A stretch of 64,000 nt of DNA from Lama glama (GCA_028534125.1 CM052816.1:85376001-85440000), one strand, 5' to 3'; positions 25,518-38,963 are shown, counted from the stretch's first letter. Program-made: numbers and translations. The notes: generated by a model from the letters alone, not told the origin.

Positions 25518-26064
25518 AAAAAAAATTGTGATAATGCAGTGTGGGATAAAGACCAGCACAATATGATTTTCTTTCTTTGCTACCCACATGCAATTAAAAA
25601 ACAAAACAAAAAAAATCTTCAAATCATCCTAAGATCCTAAAATGGCATTGGATGGTTATTAAATTGAATCTTTTGTGAAGAAGGTTCATTTACAAAAAGA
25701 CAATTAGACATTTTAAATCAAAGTATTGAAAAAGGTGCATTAAGCCTTAAGTTGGAGTTTTTAGATAGTGACAATTGTTGAAAATAAACCTTTCAAATGG
25801 GAAATAACTGAAAATAGGTTTACAGTAGACAAGAAAATGTTACTCTTCAAACAGTGTATAGAATTTTATTAAATTTATAAGTGCTTTGAAATTTATAAGT
25901 CCTCTCAACTTGTGAGAGGAATCTTTTGAATGAGCTTTTTAAATTGAATATAATTATTCTAATGCCAATTGAATGAAGCAGAGTATATATGTAATTTTAC
26001 AGTATCTAAAATCAAATAATATAATATAGTCAACTTATTTAAGGAGTCTTCCTTATAGAAATCG

Positions 26065-26247
26065 TTGCTAAGATAGTAGATCTTAAAAGTTCTTTATCAC
26101 AAAGGAAAAATTATAACAATGTGTGGTGATGGATGTTAACTAGACTTATTCTGGTAATCACTGTACAATATACACAAATATCAAATTATTATGTTGTACA
26201 TCTAAAACTAGTATTAGGTTACATCAATTCTATTTCACTTAAAAAAG
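26065..26247 (+). mobile_element. L1 (L1MA9-like) extreme 3' end
   Basis: 'ttgctaagatagtagatcttaaaagttct...tgtgtggtgatggatgttaactagactt...tgttgtacatctaaaact' plus an A tail. Confidence 0.85.
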
Positions 26248-27989
26248 TAGAATGTGACTCTTTGAGAGCACATTCTAGCACTCAAAACTGCTTACGAAAC
26301 TTTCCTGGACACTTCACCCCTGGGCTGGGAACAAAATCTCCGCCCAGATGATAATAGTTTTCTAAAATTACCAACCTTTGAAAATGAGAGTGGAACATGA
26401 AAATGTTATTTCAACCTTAACTGGAAAGATTTAGATGCCAAAATTCTCCATCCTGGTTCCATTACTGATGACAGCTAAACTATTAAAGAACGCAAACATC
26501 ACCTGGGAAGGCTCCCTGCAGCTTTGAGGACCCACAGAGCTCCCTGCACACCCTGAGTCTCGTGCGAGTGGGGCAGCGCTGTGGCCCACAGGGCAGGAGA
26601 GAGGGGTTAAAGGCTTTCAGACCTGCTGTGACCCTCTTTTTTTTTAATATTTAAATTCTCGACTTCAATAGTCTTTACCTTAGGGTTATGGGATAAGGGA
26701 GATTCTTTTTGAAGGGACTAATCTTTGTGGGATCCTTTGTAAGAATTAGTAAATAAAATTTTTACTTGGTAATGTTTGAACTTTGTCCCCAAAGTCTCCT
26801 GGGGGGACTCGATTCTGACTTTCCCACTTCTCTTTGCTGGGTGACCCCAGATAGACCAGCCGCACAGGGAGCTGAATTGCTGAGGACACAAAAAACCCAG
26901 CGAGACTGGGGCCTGTCCTTACTCCTCCTGCTCCTGGACAGTTGGCGGAGGGACATTTTCACAGACATACACCAAAGCCTGACCCTGACCCTGTCCTGCC
27001 AGGCCTGGGCTCACCAACCACTGGGCCCAGAAGGAGAGGTGTAGACTGGCAGGATAAACTCTCACCTCTGCCAGGAAGGCCCAAAGTGATGTGGAACTGT
27101 AGTCCAGTGCCCTGGGTTTTGGTCCTTTTTCACTAAGAGTAGAACTCTCCTTGAATGTACATTTTTTAAAAACTGCAAAATGGTTATTATAATACCACAC
27201 CAACTTATCAAGTGAGATATGTGTGCAAAATTGCTTTACCAATTGCCCAGTCCCATTAAAACATAAGGAACTCATAAAAAATGTTTTTCTAAAATGTGTT
27301 TCAAGTATATGAATGTAAATAAAAGTACTATGAAAATATCTGACCTGAAATATTTACAAATTTTAATAAGAAAAATGTTGGATGAGAGAATATGCTCTAT
27401 GTAGCAGAATTTACTGTTTTTGTGGTAACTTTGTCCTCTAGGGAGACTATATTCCTAATTTTAAAATATTATGCTTATAGGGAAGAGTCATTCGAACGTG
27501 CAAAGATTTCAAGTTGCAAATTCAAGATCGTTGAGCCTTTTAATTTAAATAATTATGATATATGGTAATATTGAAAGAAAGCTTTTTTTATTTTAGAAAT
27601 ACCAGTCAAAGTGTAGCATAGATATGGTATGTGAGTGTGTAGCAAGAATTAATATTCTACTTATTTATATTTAATTTTTTATATTTCTATTTATAATATT
27701 TGTATTTCATTGATACATATCACGTTTGTATTTTAGCAACATAGAAAGCATTTTTTTGCTTCATTTAAGTGTGCATGTTTGAATTTTCTAATTTTTTTCT
27801 ATTTAGATAGAAATTTATTGTTATAATAGTTGTTGAAATGTATTGTTTTAATAGTTGTTCAATGTAATTAATTTATGGGCTCAGCAATAGAACCAGTTTA
27901 TCAGTTAATAAATTAATGTTTCAAATATAGCGTAATTTTAATTTTTTATTGCGTTTTTCTTACTTTGTATGTTTGGACAATTAATTTAT

Positions 27990-28875
27990 GGTCCAAGTCT
28001 ACTTGATACTTCCTGTTTATCAGTTTCAATCAACTCTTCCCTCAGTCTAACACTCGAAGGTCCACTCCCATGTGGATTATTTCTTCTACTAGTAATATTA
28101 GGCAAGTCCTGTATTTCCTTTGATTGTAGAATATTTTCTTCTCATGTATTTTCTATCATTGCATTATGCTGAGACTAGTCCATAATTATTAACCTGCAAG
28201 CAATAATAGTAGGTGAATGAGGATCATCAAGTTAGATCTTTCCAGAGTCATCAGATAAGAAGCAGCTAATCTCCATCAAATGGATTAGAGCTCATTCTGC
28301 CCTCCTACACAGTTTGTGGTAATCTGGAGGATTTAAGGCTTTCATCTATCCTTCAGCCCAGTAATAATGATCTTAAAACTTCCCATGTCAGGCCTCTAGC
28401 CTTAGCAATGGAAACCTATCAAGATTATGCATTTAGTTTTCTTTCCCGCTTTGCCCTCTGGATTTTTTTTCCCACCATCTTTGATTCAGATGTAGGAGGT
28501 GAGGGTTTATTTAAATAACTTGGAAGGATTTCTGGATTTCAGTGTTTCTGCTGAATTGGCAACTGATGACCCTGAGCTTGGCATTCCACTCTTCAAGGCT
28601 ATCAGCAGTTAGCAGAAACCACAATTCTTATTATCATGTTTGCCTTCATACCCTTAAAATACTAGGGGATGGCACCACATAAGCCAATGTTTCCCATTTA
28701 TCTGTACCTTATTTCATACCCCCACAGGTAAACTCTTAATCATTATGATGCTACAGCAGGAGAGGGGTTATTAACACCTGCTGCAGCAAACAGGTTTTTC
28801 TTGCCATCTGACCAGTAATTGACTCAGATCGAGAATTCTATAGTGTGAGTCTGCTCTTTGAGACTACTTTTAACA
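27990..28875 (-). mobile_element. ERVL internal (leader/gag) relic
   Basis: On the minus strand it begins 'gtgttaaaagtagtctcaaagagcagactcac' directly after the LTR end. Antisense gag-like 'ccctgagcttggcattcc...aggctatcagcagttagcag...cacaattcttattatcat'. Confidence 0.6.
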
Positions 28876-28880
28876 CAAAC

Positions 28881-29290
28881 TGTTAATCAGGATTTCTCCC
28901 CAAAGAGGAGCCTGGTACATGGGTCAGACAGTATAATTGGGAACAAAATATATATTTAGGAGTTTATCTCAGGAGGAAGAAGTGAGGGAGCAAAGAGAGT
29001 AAGACAGAGGGAAAAAATAATAAAGCCAGCTAAATGTCCATTATTAAGATAACTGCTATAGTCAATGAGTATTTGACTTTTCAGGGACCTCTGAAAATTT
29101 TAGAGTGTCTCTCATTTTGCTACTGTTAAAGTTTATTGGTTGTGACACTTAAGACTTTGACCGCTATTCACCGGTGTTGCCAATCTGCAAGCATGCGTGT
29201 ACCTTCTTTCCATGCAGCTCTTAGGGATGCCCAGCCAGAGAAGAGCGACAGTCCCCATCTCTCAACCTCAGACTAGCCCTCTAGCAGTGA
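28881..29290 (-). mobile_element. LTR16-group ERVL LTR
   Basis: 'tgttaatcaggatttctccccaaagaggagcctgg...ctcaggaggaagaagtgagggagc...aaagccagctaaatg...gggacctctgaaaa'. Confidence 0.65.
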
Positions 29291-29529
29291 CAGGGTTTCC
29301 TCTGTCGCTCTCTCAACAGAAAAGTGCACTATTGGACCAGATGCCCATATATGAACCTGCCCTCCTGAATCTCGGGAAACTCCTTCCTCCCTTTTTTTCC
29401 TGTAGCCTAAGAATGGTAGTGGCTTCTGCTGCTGCTGACAATATCTTGATTTTGGCATCACCTTGTTTGAGCTCTGATTTCCCATTACCTAGGTTAAAAA
29501 ATTCCCTACATTAAGATCGCACTTACTCT

Positions 29530-30020
29530 TGATCTTACACACATTTCATCACTTAAAGTCCTCTTACTAATGACATTGACTTAACCAAAGTTCTCAAACA
29601 CTTGTTTATTCCTCAACTTAGTTCTTATCAGCATCTGACATTGTTGATCACAGTCTACTACTGAAACTTTTTCTTTCCTTGTATTCACTGAACAAATTAT
29701 TTCCATTGATACTCCCCCTTCTCAGTACTTTTTACAGTGTAAATCTCCTCCACCACCCATTTAATGCTGACCATTATCAAGACCCAGTACTGGATCTCCT
29801 TTCTTTTCACTTAGTAGCACTTCTACCCACACACACTACCTCAATTACTACGCATTGGCAGAAGACTCAGAAGTCTGTGGCTCTGAGTACAAATTTATTA
29901 TTTTTTGAGCCCTTTCACCTGTATTAAAATGCCTACTTTCATTTTTACTTGAATTTGAGTTTCAAAAACAGCCTAAGTTAAACGTTTGCAGATCTCGTAA
30001 TACCCTCACCACCAATGTGC
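29530..30020 (+). mobile_element. L2 RT-region fragment
   Basis: 'ttatcagcatctgacattgttgatcacagtctactactgaaac' is a decayed SAAFDTVDH-coding motif of L2; pyrimidine-rich continuation. Confidence 0.7.
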
Positions 30021-32049
30021 TTGAGTTATAACCAAAAAGCTGGTCTTCTAGTGCAGCTAAATTTGTTTTGTAGAAATGGGTTGTTAGTTTTTCTCTCATC
30101 TCAAAAGTTTTAAGTCACACTGATAATCTCATGCATCTCTGTAATGTATATAATCCAGAGGCAAAAGCTCTTTTCTATCATCTCCACTTAAGTTTGTGTT
30201 TTGTTATTAACTTTGTGGCTCTATTTCTTCTTTGATATTTAGTATAGACTTAGTAACATAATTCCATTGGGTTATTTTAACAATCTCTCACAAATTTATC
30301 ATTGATGATAAATATCAATGAATGATTTGGATACTGGACATACACTGATCTAAAATTTTATTATTATTTGGAGGAATGGAGACCTAGAAAAGACCCTTCA
30401 TAATTTTGTATGGAAAGCAGAAAAAAAAATTTACCAAGTTAAACTGGTCCTATGTTCCTTAGATTATTTATACTACAGAAATTATAATTAAAGCACTTTA
30501 GATTACAAATATTCAGATCCCACGCCTAATTTTCAGTCATAAATCTTACTAGATTCACATTGCTTATTTGGGAAGAATGTGGATATTTAAGCTAGAAAGA
30601 TATGTATTAAACACTACTACCACCATTTAGTTGTTGATTATTCTCTAAATTTGTTAGAATTGCAGTGTCTGTAGGAAACAATATAAAAGGTATCTATACT
30701 GAAAATTAGACTTATTATGTACTGTTTTCAAACTGACAGGAAAGCAGTAGATAGTAGTTAATACTGCTAATACTATTAAAAATTCTATTTTTGATTTTAT
30801 CATGTTAGTGTTCCTAATCTTTACTTTACACTCATGCTTGAACTCACATCTGAACTTACTGTCTCCTCAACTTTAAATTGCATATAGAATAAAAAAGAAA
30901 TAATTGTCTGTTATATTAATAACATAAGATTTATTTTTGGAATACTCTCTTATTGCCCATGTGAATTTAAGACATTCTTAGAAGGTGATACAAGTGAAAC
31001 ATATTTCCCCTCCATGCTAAGTTTTGTTTTTGCCTTTTTTCTGTCATTGTTTTGTGACCCACATTGTATAAATCCATTGTTAATGAAATAGAGAAGTGTG
31101 CCATCAAAATTAAGGTCTGGCAAGATGTATCTTACACTTTAGAATTTCTCCAGAGAGGAAAGCTGTCAACCTCTTTAATTCTAATTCTTCTATGAAGGAT
31201 CACGGTAATTACAGAACTCCTGCCATGGCATTTATGTTGCCATTCACAGTGATGGATGTACATTAATCAAGTTGTCAATTCCAAAACATATACAGAGCAT
31301 TTTAATATGTATTTGTTTTAACTGTTTCTTCCGCAGCAAAGTATAACATCATACAAACATTGCTCTCTAAGATATTCGTCTTGAATAATACAAAGCCATT
31401 TTCTTCAGTCATAGCATTAATTTGAAACAGGAATGAATATGAATTTTCTATGCAAATGAAGGAAATTCATACCATAACTGGGTTTCTTTGCACTATGGTG
31501 TAGACTCCACCCAAAGTTCTTCTTTCAGCTGGGAAGAAGCTGGAGCTTGAAGCTTCAGGTGGAGAAAGCGACTACCGTGCTGTGGGAACTGGCAGCCTCC
31601 ACAGTGCCACATTTTCTGCTGATAGATTTTCCCCAGTAGTTAACCTCTCTGACTCTCCACATTCAAGCTGTTAGTGTTGATTGTATTGACTGCAGTGCCC
31701 TGCTGCTGTGCTGAGTGTAGATTCATAGGGAATTAGCCAAAATTCAGAACCATTACCGATACTTACTTCAGGAAAGTGGCATGGAAGAAGCAAGCAGCAT
31801 AAAGGGTGGGTCTCTGACTTTGCGATGTCTTCTTACTGCTATTCTGAGTATCAAAAACAGAGTATAGGATATTTGGTTTTTCTCTAGACCATTCCATACT
31901 CCTTCTAACTGTTTTCATGGCTATATTCTCACTTCATTCACATGACTTATGACTTCCAAGTTATACTATCGCCTTTGGCAGCATAATTGTATTAATTCCT
32001 CAATGTAACACTGATAGTGACTTCTTTTCTGGGTTAATGAATTATGGAC

Positions 32050-32170
32050 TATCAGTTAGAAATTAGCATAGAGTTTAGAAGGACTAAAATATTAAATTAC
32101 TTGTCTGAAGTTATACAGCTCAGAAGTCACAGACTCAGATCTTAATTTATTAAAAGCATTCTTATAATCA
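32050..32170 (-). mobile_element. MIR fragment
   Basis: 'ttaaattacttgtctgaagttatacagctcagaagtcacagactcagatctt'. Confidence 0.6.
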
Positions 32171-33197
32171 CGTTCATATTCATTATAAAAGCAGTATTTT
32201 CACCTTTCCATTCTGCTTTCCATTCTCTCTGCCTGATACCCTCTTTCTAAAGTAATCTGCTTTTATTCTAATAGGTAATTTCTTTTCTAGTCCTATTATA
32301 CTCTTCATTTTATCCTTGTTTGCTGTGGTCATCTGTGGGTGGTTTTCTTCCGTTTGCTCCCACAGATAACAAAATTCAGTGCCTAAACAATTTTATTTCT
32401 GCAGTAACTATTTAAAATTTGTATTGATAAATAAGTAAATGCTTTTAATTTTCCTTAAAAGTATAGATCCATTAGTATGGGCACTCAGCAATCTTATGTT
32501 TCCCCTCAATTCTAAGTATGCCAGCATTGGTAGGGAGTATAATATTTGCATAATATATTACATGTACTGTGTAAACTTTTTTGGGGGAATCACTGGATTA
32601 AATTTATTAACTAGTCAGGTTTGAGTACAAGGGTCAAATATGAAATAGAATTAGGAGGTGTCCCTATTAATGATACATTTGCTATGATATTTTGGTTTTA
32701 TAATAAAAATGAAGTTCACATTATGGCAACGTTTTAAAGGAGGAGGAAAGACTGTGGTGAACCAAAGTATTTTCTGTCAAACACATTTCCTCAGGTTAGA
32801 AGTAGTTTCATTTAACCTCTACATGTGACCTGCTTTCAGTGGCAATAATTAAATTTCTGTGAGGGAAAAACTATAAAAATCAATTTTGATGTTTATTTAT
32901 GTTGGTCTAAGAAGTGAAATATGCCAAGTATTACTGCTCTTCCAAAATAGACAAGTTATGAAAATGGTTTTCTGTGTCTGGAGTGTAAAGCAGCATTCTC
33001 TGATCAATCCTAAATTATTTTGTCAGAAAGCAAAATTGAAGTTGTCCACAGTAAGTCTGAAATACAAGCCATGTCATTAACAGTTAAATACATAAAATGA
33101 ATACAGCAAGTTTTCTGATTTATTTTGGGAGATATGAATTCAAATCTAACAGGAAAATATCCACATTCTACTAAAAGAAGGCATAGAGTGAAATATT

Positions 33198-33253
33198 TTT
33201 GTATCAGAGATAAAGTTTACAGATAAAGTTTGTATAAGAGATAAAGTTTACAG
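33198..33253. repeat. 31-bp-period tandem duplication with three AGATAAAGTTT units
   Basis: tttgtatcagagataaagtttacag (33198-33222) and tttgtataagagataaagtttacag (33229-33253). Confidence 0.8.
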
Positions 33254-34299
33254 TTACTTTTCTCCTCATCCTCCCAGATCTTTGCCCTTCAGAAATCACT
33301 GAGTCATCTTTTCATTATCAGATAATCTATCTGACACCAGTTGCCTCATTTACAATATAAAGAAATAATTCTGTTTTTGTCTGAGTCTTTAAAGATTAGA
33401 ACAAATGGATTTGTTAGAGATCTTTGCTAACTTTAAAGCCATGTTTTTGGCCAAATGTATGTCTACTAAGGAAATTGTTCCAAGCTATTTTTTCTATGCT
33501 GTAATTTATTGTCAAACATTTAAAAAACTAATTTAAAAAATAAGGCAGATTTTAAAAATGACTTATTCTTTATTGCCAGATTCTTTTCATTAAATCTTTT
33601 TGTACAAATACTCAGTGGGAGTTTTTCACCAAAATATTTAAATCCTCATTACATTTCCTGATTAAAATTATCTTACTGTATTATAAGTAGTAGATATATT
33701 TTTAATAATGATAAAATATAAATTCTATCAAATATAAATATTGCTTTATTCTTTTAGTGGAAGAGCAATGAAAGAGTCTCTTATTTCCTACTTCCCTTCA
33801 TTTAGAAATAATTAGTTTGAAGGAATTTCCACAGTGAGAAGGCATGATTTATGCTGTTCATAAGACACTTAGGGAAGAAAGTAGCAGGAGAAAAGAAAAT
33901 CGAAGTATGTCATTCAGTACAGTCAAATCAAATAAATATAAACAAAACAAAGAAGTAAAAATTTAAGAGAAATGTAATTCATATTGATCTTAATTCTTTT
34001 AGACTCCAAAAATGCACGATACTCTGAAAACACAGGTAAATATGTACCATTTTTTGCAAAGATATCATCTCTCATGTATTTGTTCCTTTTAACAGCACCA
34101 CATATTATTACCTTAAGCAATTTTATATAAATAGCTTTACTGTAAAGCATATGTTATCTTTACATGGTTTTTAAAGGAATGAATTTGGAATCAGACTGCT
34201 AAAGTTGAAATGTAACTTCCATGTCTCATTTGAAAAGTAATAATAAGAACACTAAATTCCCTTTTAAACATGAAGGTAATTGAAGGTAAAATGCACGTG

Positions 34300-34337
34300 C
34301 ACACACACACAGACACACACACACACACACACACACA
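34300..34337. repeat. (CA)n microsatellite within MIR remnants (about 34175-34400)
   Basis: Direct reading; flanks 'tttggaatcagactgc' and 'ttggaacaatgcctggcacatggtgagtactataaaatgttt'. Confidence 0.85.
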
Positions 34338-35547
34338 TGCCATGAATATATCTTATTTGGAACAATGCCTGGCACATGGTGAGTACTATAAAATGTTTTA
34401 TTTTTGATACTTCTACCAACTGAGATATTATTTCTCAGAGAATGTAAAAGCAATATATCATTTAAAGTTGGTTTAAAAGAAGACTTCTAAGTATGACTAA
34501 GAAAGTCATATTTTATTAATTAAAAGACTCAACTTATATTTAGCTACATGAAAGTAATTGAGAGCAAATTTACATCAATAACAACATTTTTGTTTAGATA
34601 TAGGCAGTATCACACACTTTTGAATTTACAAAGTTAATGTAAAGTTGTTAGTTCATAATGACATAACCATTACAATGCCTCATTGTCCTGATATTATTTT
34701 GTTGCTAAAATTGCTTTCATTTTCTTATGGTACAACTCTGACTTCAAGACAGAATAATTTTAGTTCTTTGATTATTCTAAAAGTAAATCCTAAGATGCTA
34801 TTGGCATTTTAATTAAATTTTCTGAATAGTAATACAAGGTTTATGATTTTCCTCATATTGCATAATCAATCACAATTATGCTTACACTGTATAATGTACA
34901 AATGAAATTCTAATATTATTATTAGAAAGCTATGTGTAGTAGCACTTATTTGAGTACATGGATTTCTAAGTCCATCAAGTTAAAATTATTTTTTCTGTTG
35001 AAAATGAAACCTTTATCCTCCTTCTTCCTAATTACTTGGCTAAGGTGTATACAGAGATAGAAACAGAGATAAAATTTAGAGAGAGAGAAATATAGACATA
35101 GAGATAAGGATCAGGACAGGGATAGAACTTTATACATATTCATACAAAAAACAGCTAACATGTCTTATTTTACTTCCTATATTGTTTACATTAAAACTTT
35201 TTAGGTCCATTATTTGATGAGTCCACTTTAATGAAAGTGACCCCAAAATCTCTATATCATCATCATCATCATCAGATTCTTCTTATTTTTAATTATTTCT
35301 CTTTAAAACCTTAAACAGTTACTGGCATATTGTAAGCATTCAATAATTTTTCACATAAAAATATGAAAACAAAAAAATACTACAGATTAACTTCCTGGTC
35401 ATGTATATATTCTGCTGGCCAAATCATGCAAATACATAGGAACTATAAATATTACAACAATATTATATGTCACCTGATGTAAAACATTAAAAACACACCA
35501 GACCAGGTCTAGGAGAGTGAGTTATAGAGTCTATGCGAGTGGGGCTT

Positions 35548-35997
35548 TCTGTCAGTTTCCTAGGGTTGCCATAATAAATTACCAAAAACTGGGTGGCTTA
35601 ACGTAACAGAAATGTCTGGAATCTGAAATTCCAAAATCAAGATGTCAGCAGGGCTATGCTCCTTCTGTAATTTTTAGAGGACATTTCCTTCATTGCCTCT
35701 TCCAGCTTCTGGTTGCCCCGGACATTCTTCGGCTTGTGACAGCATACTTAGGTCTTTCCCGCAAACTTGACATGGCTTTCCCCTTGTGTCCCTTCACATT
35801 GCTTTTTATGTGTTTGTCTCTATGTCCAAATTTCCTCTTTAGGAAGGACACTAACCATTTGGATTAGAACTCATCATTATAACTTCATTTTAACTTGGTT
35901 ATTAAAGACCCTGTTTCCAAATAAGGTCACATTTTGAGGTACTGGGGATTAAGACTTCAACATATTTTTATTGCAAGACAGAATTCAACTCATAAGA
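35548..35997 (-). mobile_element. MaLR LTR (MLT1B/C-like)
   Basis: 'agtttcctagggttgccataataaattaccaaaaactgggtggctta...aaaatcaagatgtcagcagggc...tttccaaataaggtcacattttgaggtactggggattaagacttcaacatatt'. Confidence 0.9.
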
Positions 35998-37199
35998 GAC
36001 TTCAGTGTTCATAAAGGAAGATCTTGTTTTCCTTAGATCTGGCTCAAATAACTGGACTTGGTCAGTTAGACACTTACATTTAAAGCTGAAGGCAATGAAT
36101 AGAATATTAAATTTGTTGAGAAAATGAAACATGGTAGATGCTCAATAAGTATTTGTTGAGTGAATAAATTAATCAGTTTCATTTTGCCATGAAATAGAAG
36201 CATGGAATTTTAAAAGCATTGGAGTAAATATTGCAGTGCTTCACTTATTTTTGAAAAATCTATGTCAATAATTCTGCATTTTAATCAGTGGTCATATGTC
36301 AAGGCTAGACTTTTTTTTTGATTGATTGATCTGATATTTTCTGGGATTTCTAGATGAAGGGAAAAAATGGTTAAAGTTGAACCTAAATTTAACAACAAAT
36401 AATTTTAGTATAACTATGTTACATTCAATATTTATTTGGTAATCCTACTTGTTTTCTTTACTGCCAAGGTTATTTATATTTTAGTATTTTTATATGAATA
36501 AGTTTTAGAAAAGTTGTAGTAAGCTTAATCTAATGTTGATAGGTAGAAAAAAGAAAACAGAGAAGCGTAATTAGTAGAAAATAAACCCCTTTGCAGTTTA
36601 AGATAATCTTTTTGTTAAGTCACATTAAGTCAATAATTTAGAACTTCATAGGTGGTATAAACATATACTAAGCAATTAAAATGTATTTTAAAGTACACCT
36701 TTAAAGTTTATTTTTATTTAATTATCTGCCGCAAAATTATCAAGTTATTTGCAGCTAATTTTTGTATAGATCATCCTACAAATCTAACACAAGTAAAATC
36801 CAGGATTAGTACGTGATTAAATTCATATGAGTAAAAGCACCTCTAATTATCTGAGAGCTTAAAATGATGCAAATTTTATGAGAAGGAATGGAGTAAATTT
36901 CAATGAAGAGAATATTTTTAAATGACAGCAAAATAATGGAAGAAAGAGAAGCCTGAAGTTTGGAGAATAACTGAGTTTAAATATGTGCATGTGCATGGTG
37001 TGTTTAAAAAATGACATGTAAAGAGGAAGCAGAAGATATAAAATGGTCCATTCTGAGGCAGAAGATGGATAGCACTTATACCATTTCAATAGTGAAACTG
37101 AGTTGTGAATAAGAAATCAGAGATTGAAATTTAAATAAAAATGCAAACACTTTCCCCTGCTTTACAATTTTATTGTTTTATCTGAGTTCATAAGTATTT

Positions 37200-37368
37200 C
37201 AAAGTTAAAATATCCAGCACCAGCATCTTGAACCTCTTCTCCATCCCCACCCAACCCAGATCACAACTCTCAGTGTCCTCTCTTCTCAGTAAATAGCAAC
37301 ACCTTCTTTCCTAATTTTCAAGTCAGCAAACTGTTGCACATTAACACAATTTTCTTCCTCATCTCTTC
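37200..37368 (+). mobile_element. L2 fragment
   Basis: 'ctcagtgtcctctcttctcagtaaatagcaacacc'. Confidence 0.55.
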
Positions 37369-37369
37369 A

Positions 37370-38064
37370 GGATGGTGATGTTATTCCTTTTGACTATATA
37401 CCCAAAAGTGGAATGTCTAGATCACGTGGTAGTTCTATTATTACTTTTTTGAGGAACCTCCATACTGTTTTTCATCATGGCTGCATAAATTTACATTCCT
37501 ACCAACAGTGTATAAGGGTTCCCTATTCTCTAAGACATTCCCAGCAACAACTGTTATCTTTTGACTTTGTGATAATAGCCATCCTAATAAATAGGTTTGA
37601 AGTGATGGTTGTTATTTGCTTTAATTTTTTATTGAAGTGTAGTTGATTTGCAATGTTAGTTTCAGGTGTACAGCAAAGTGATTCAGTTATATATATACAT
37701 ATATATTTTTCTTTTCAGATTCTTTGTCTTGTGGTTATGATTTGCATTTTTCTGATGACTAGTACTGTTGAATACCTTTTCATCTACCTGTCGACCATTT
37801 GATGTTTCTCTGAAAAAAATGTCTATTCAGGTCCTTTGCCCATTTTGAAGGCAGGTTATTTGTGGCGGTTTTTTGCTATTGAGTTTCATGTGTTCCTTAT
37901 GTGTTCTGGATACTAATTAAATACATGTATTAAATACACAATTTGCAAAAATTTTGCCTATTCTGTAGTTTGCCTTTTCAATTTGTGGATAGTTTCCTTT
38001 AATGTGCAGAAACTTTTAATTTGATATAGTCCCAATTGATTATTTCTGCTTTTGTTTACTATGC
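37370..38064 (-). mobile_element. L1 ORF2 3' region
   Basis: 'atacccaaaagtggaat...ttttgaggaacctccatactgttttt...aatttacattcctaccaacagtgtataagggttccc', 'aaatgtctattcaggtcctttgcccatttt'. Confidence 0.9.
37620..37725 (-). mobile_element. Nested young L1 3' tip
   Basis: 'tttttattgaagtgtagttgatttgcaatgttagtttcaggtgtacagcaaagtgattcagttata', the same family tail as at 13155 and 58780. Confidence 0.85.
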
Positions 38065-38963
38065 TTTTTCCCCAGTTTTATTGAGATATACATACATACG
38101 ACATTTTGTAAGTTTAAGGTGTACAAGCAATGATTTGATATACATGTATATTGCAGAGTGTTCCATCATCTCATGTAGTTTACAATTTTGTGTGTGTGTT
38201 ATTAGAACTGCTAAGATTTACTCGCATAGCAACCTTCAAGTACCAAAAAATGGTATTGTTAACTATAATCACAGTGCCATCTGTTAGTGCCCCAGAACTT
38301 AATCACTGTATAGCTGGAAGTCTGCACCAGCTGACTGCTTTCACTCTTCTTCCGCATGCCCCGGCCCCTAGCCACCACCCGTCTACTCTGTTTCTGTTAG
38401 TTCCTTTGGTCCAGATTCCGGGTAAGTAAGGTCACAGAGTATTTGTCCTTCTCTGTGCGACTTACTTCAGTTAGTTTAATGCCCTCGAGTTTGATCTATG
38501 TTGTCACAAAGGGCAGAGTTTCTTTTTATTTATGACTGGATAATATTCTAGTTTATATACATGCCACATCTTTATTGATTCATCTGCTAGAGACACTTCA
38601 TTTCTGTGTCTTGGCTGTTGTAAATAACGCTGCAACGAATGTGAAAGTTCATACCTCGTCAAGATATACACTCTGAAATATCCCTTAAGATACACACTCA
38701 GAAGTGACATTTCTGGATCTCATGGTAATTCAATTTTTATTTTTTTGAGGTGCCTCCATACTGTTTTCCAGTGACTAACTAATTTACATTTTTACCAACA
38801 GTGCACAAGGGTTCTGGTTTCTCCACATCCTTGTCAACCCTTGTAACCACTTGCCATTTTGATGTAGTCATTCTAACAAGTGTGAGGTGATACACCACTG
38901 TGGTCTTGGTTTGCGTTTCCTGATGATGAGTGATGTTGAACACTTTTCGTGTATCTGTTGGCC
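38065..38963 (-). mobile_element. L1 (L1MA9-like) 3' UTR and ORF2 tail
   Basis: Starts 'tttttccccagttttattgagatata...gtaagtttaaggtgtaca', ends 'gatgttgaacacttttcgtgtatctgttggcca'. Confidence 0.9.

Noticed and set aside
27360..27960. Second transposase relic ('gaaagaaagctttttt' resembling ERSF)
   Set aside because: Only a few residues match, a frameshift is needed, and there are no supporting motifs.
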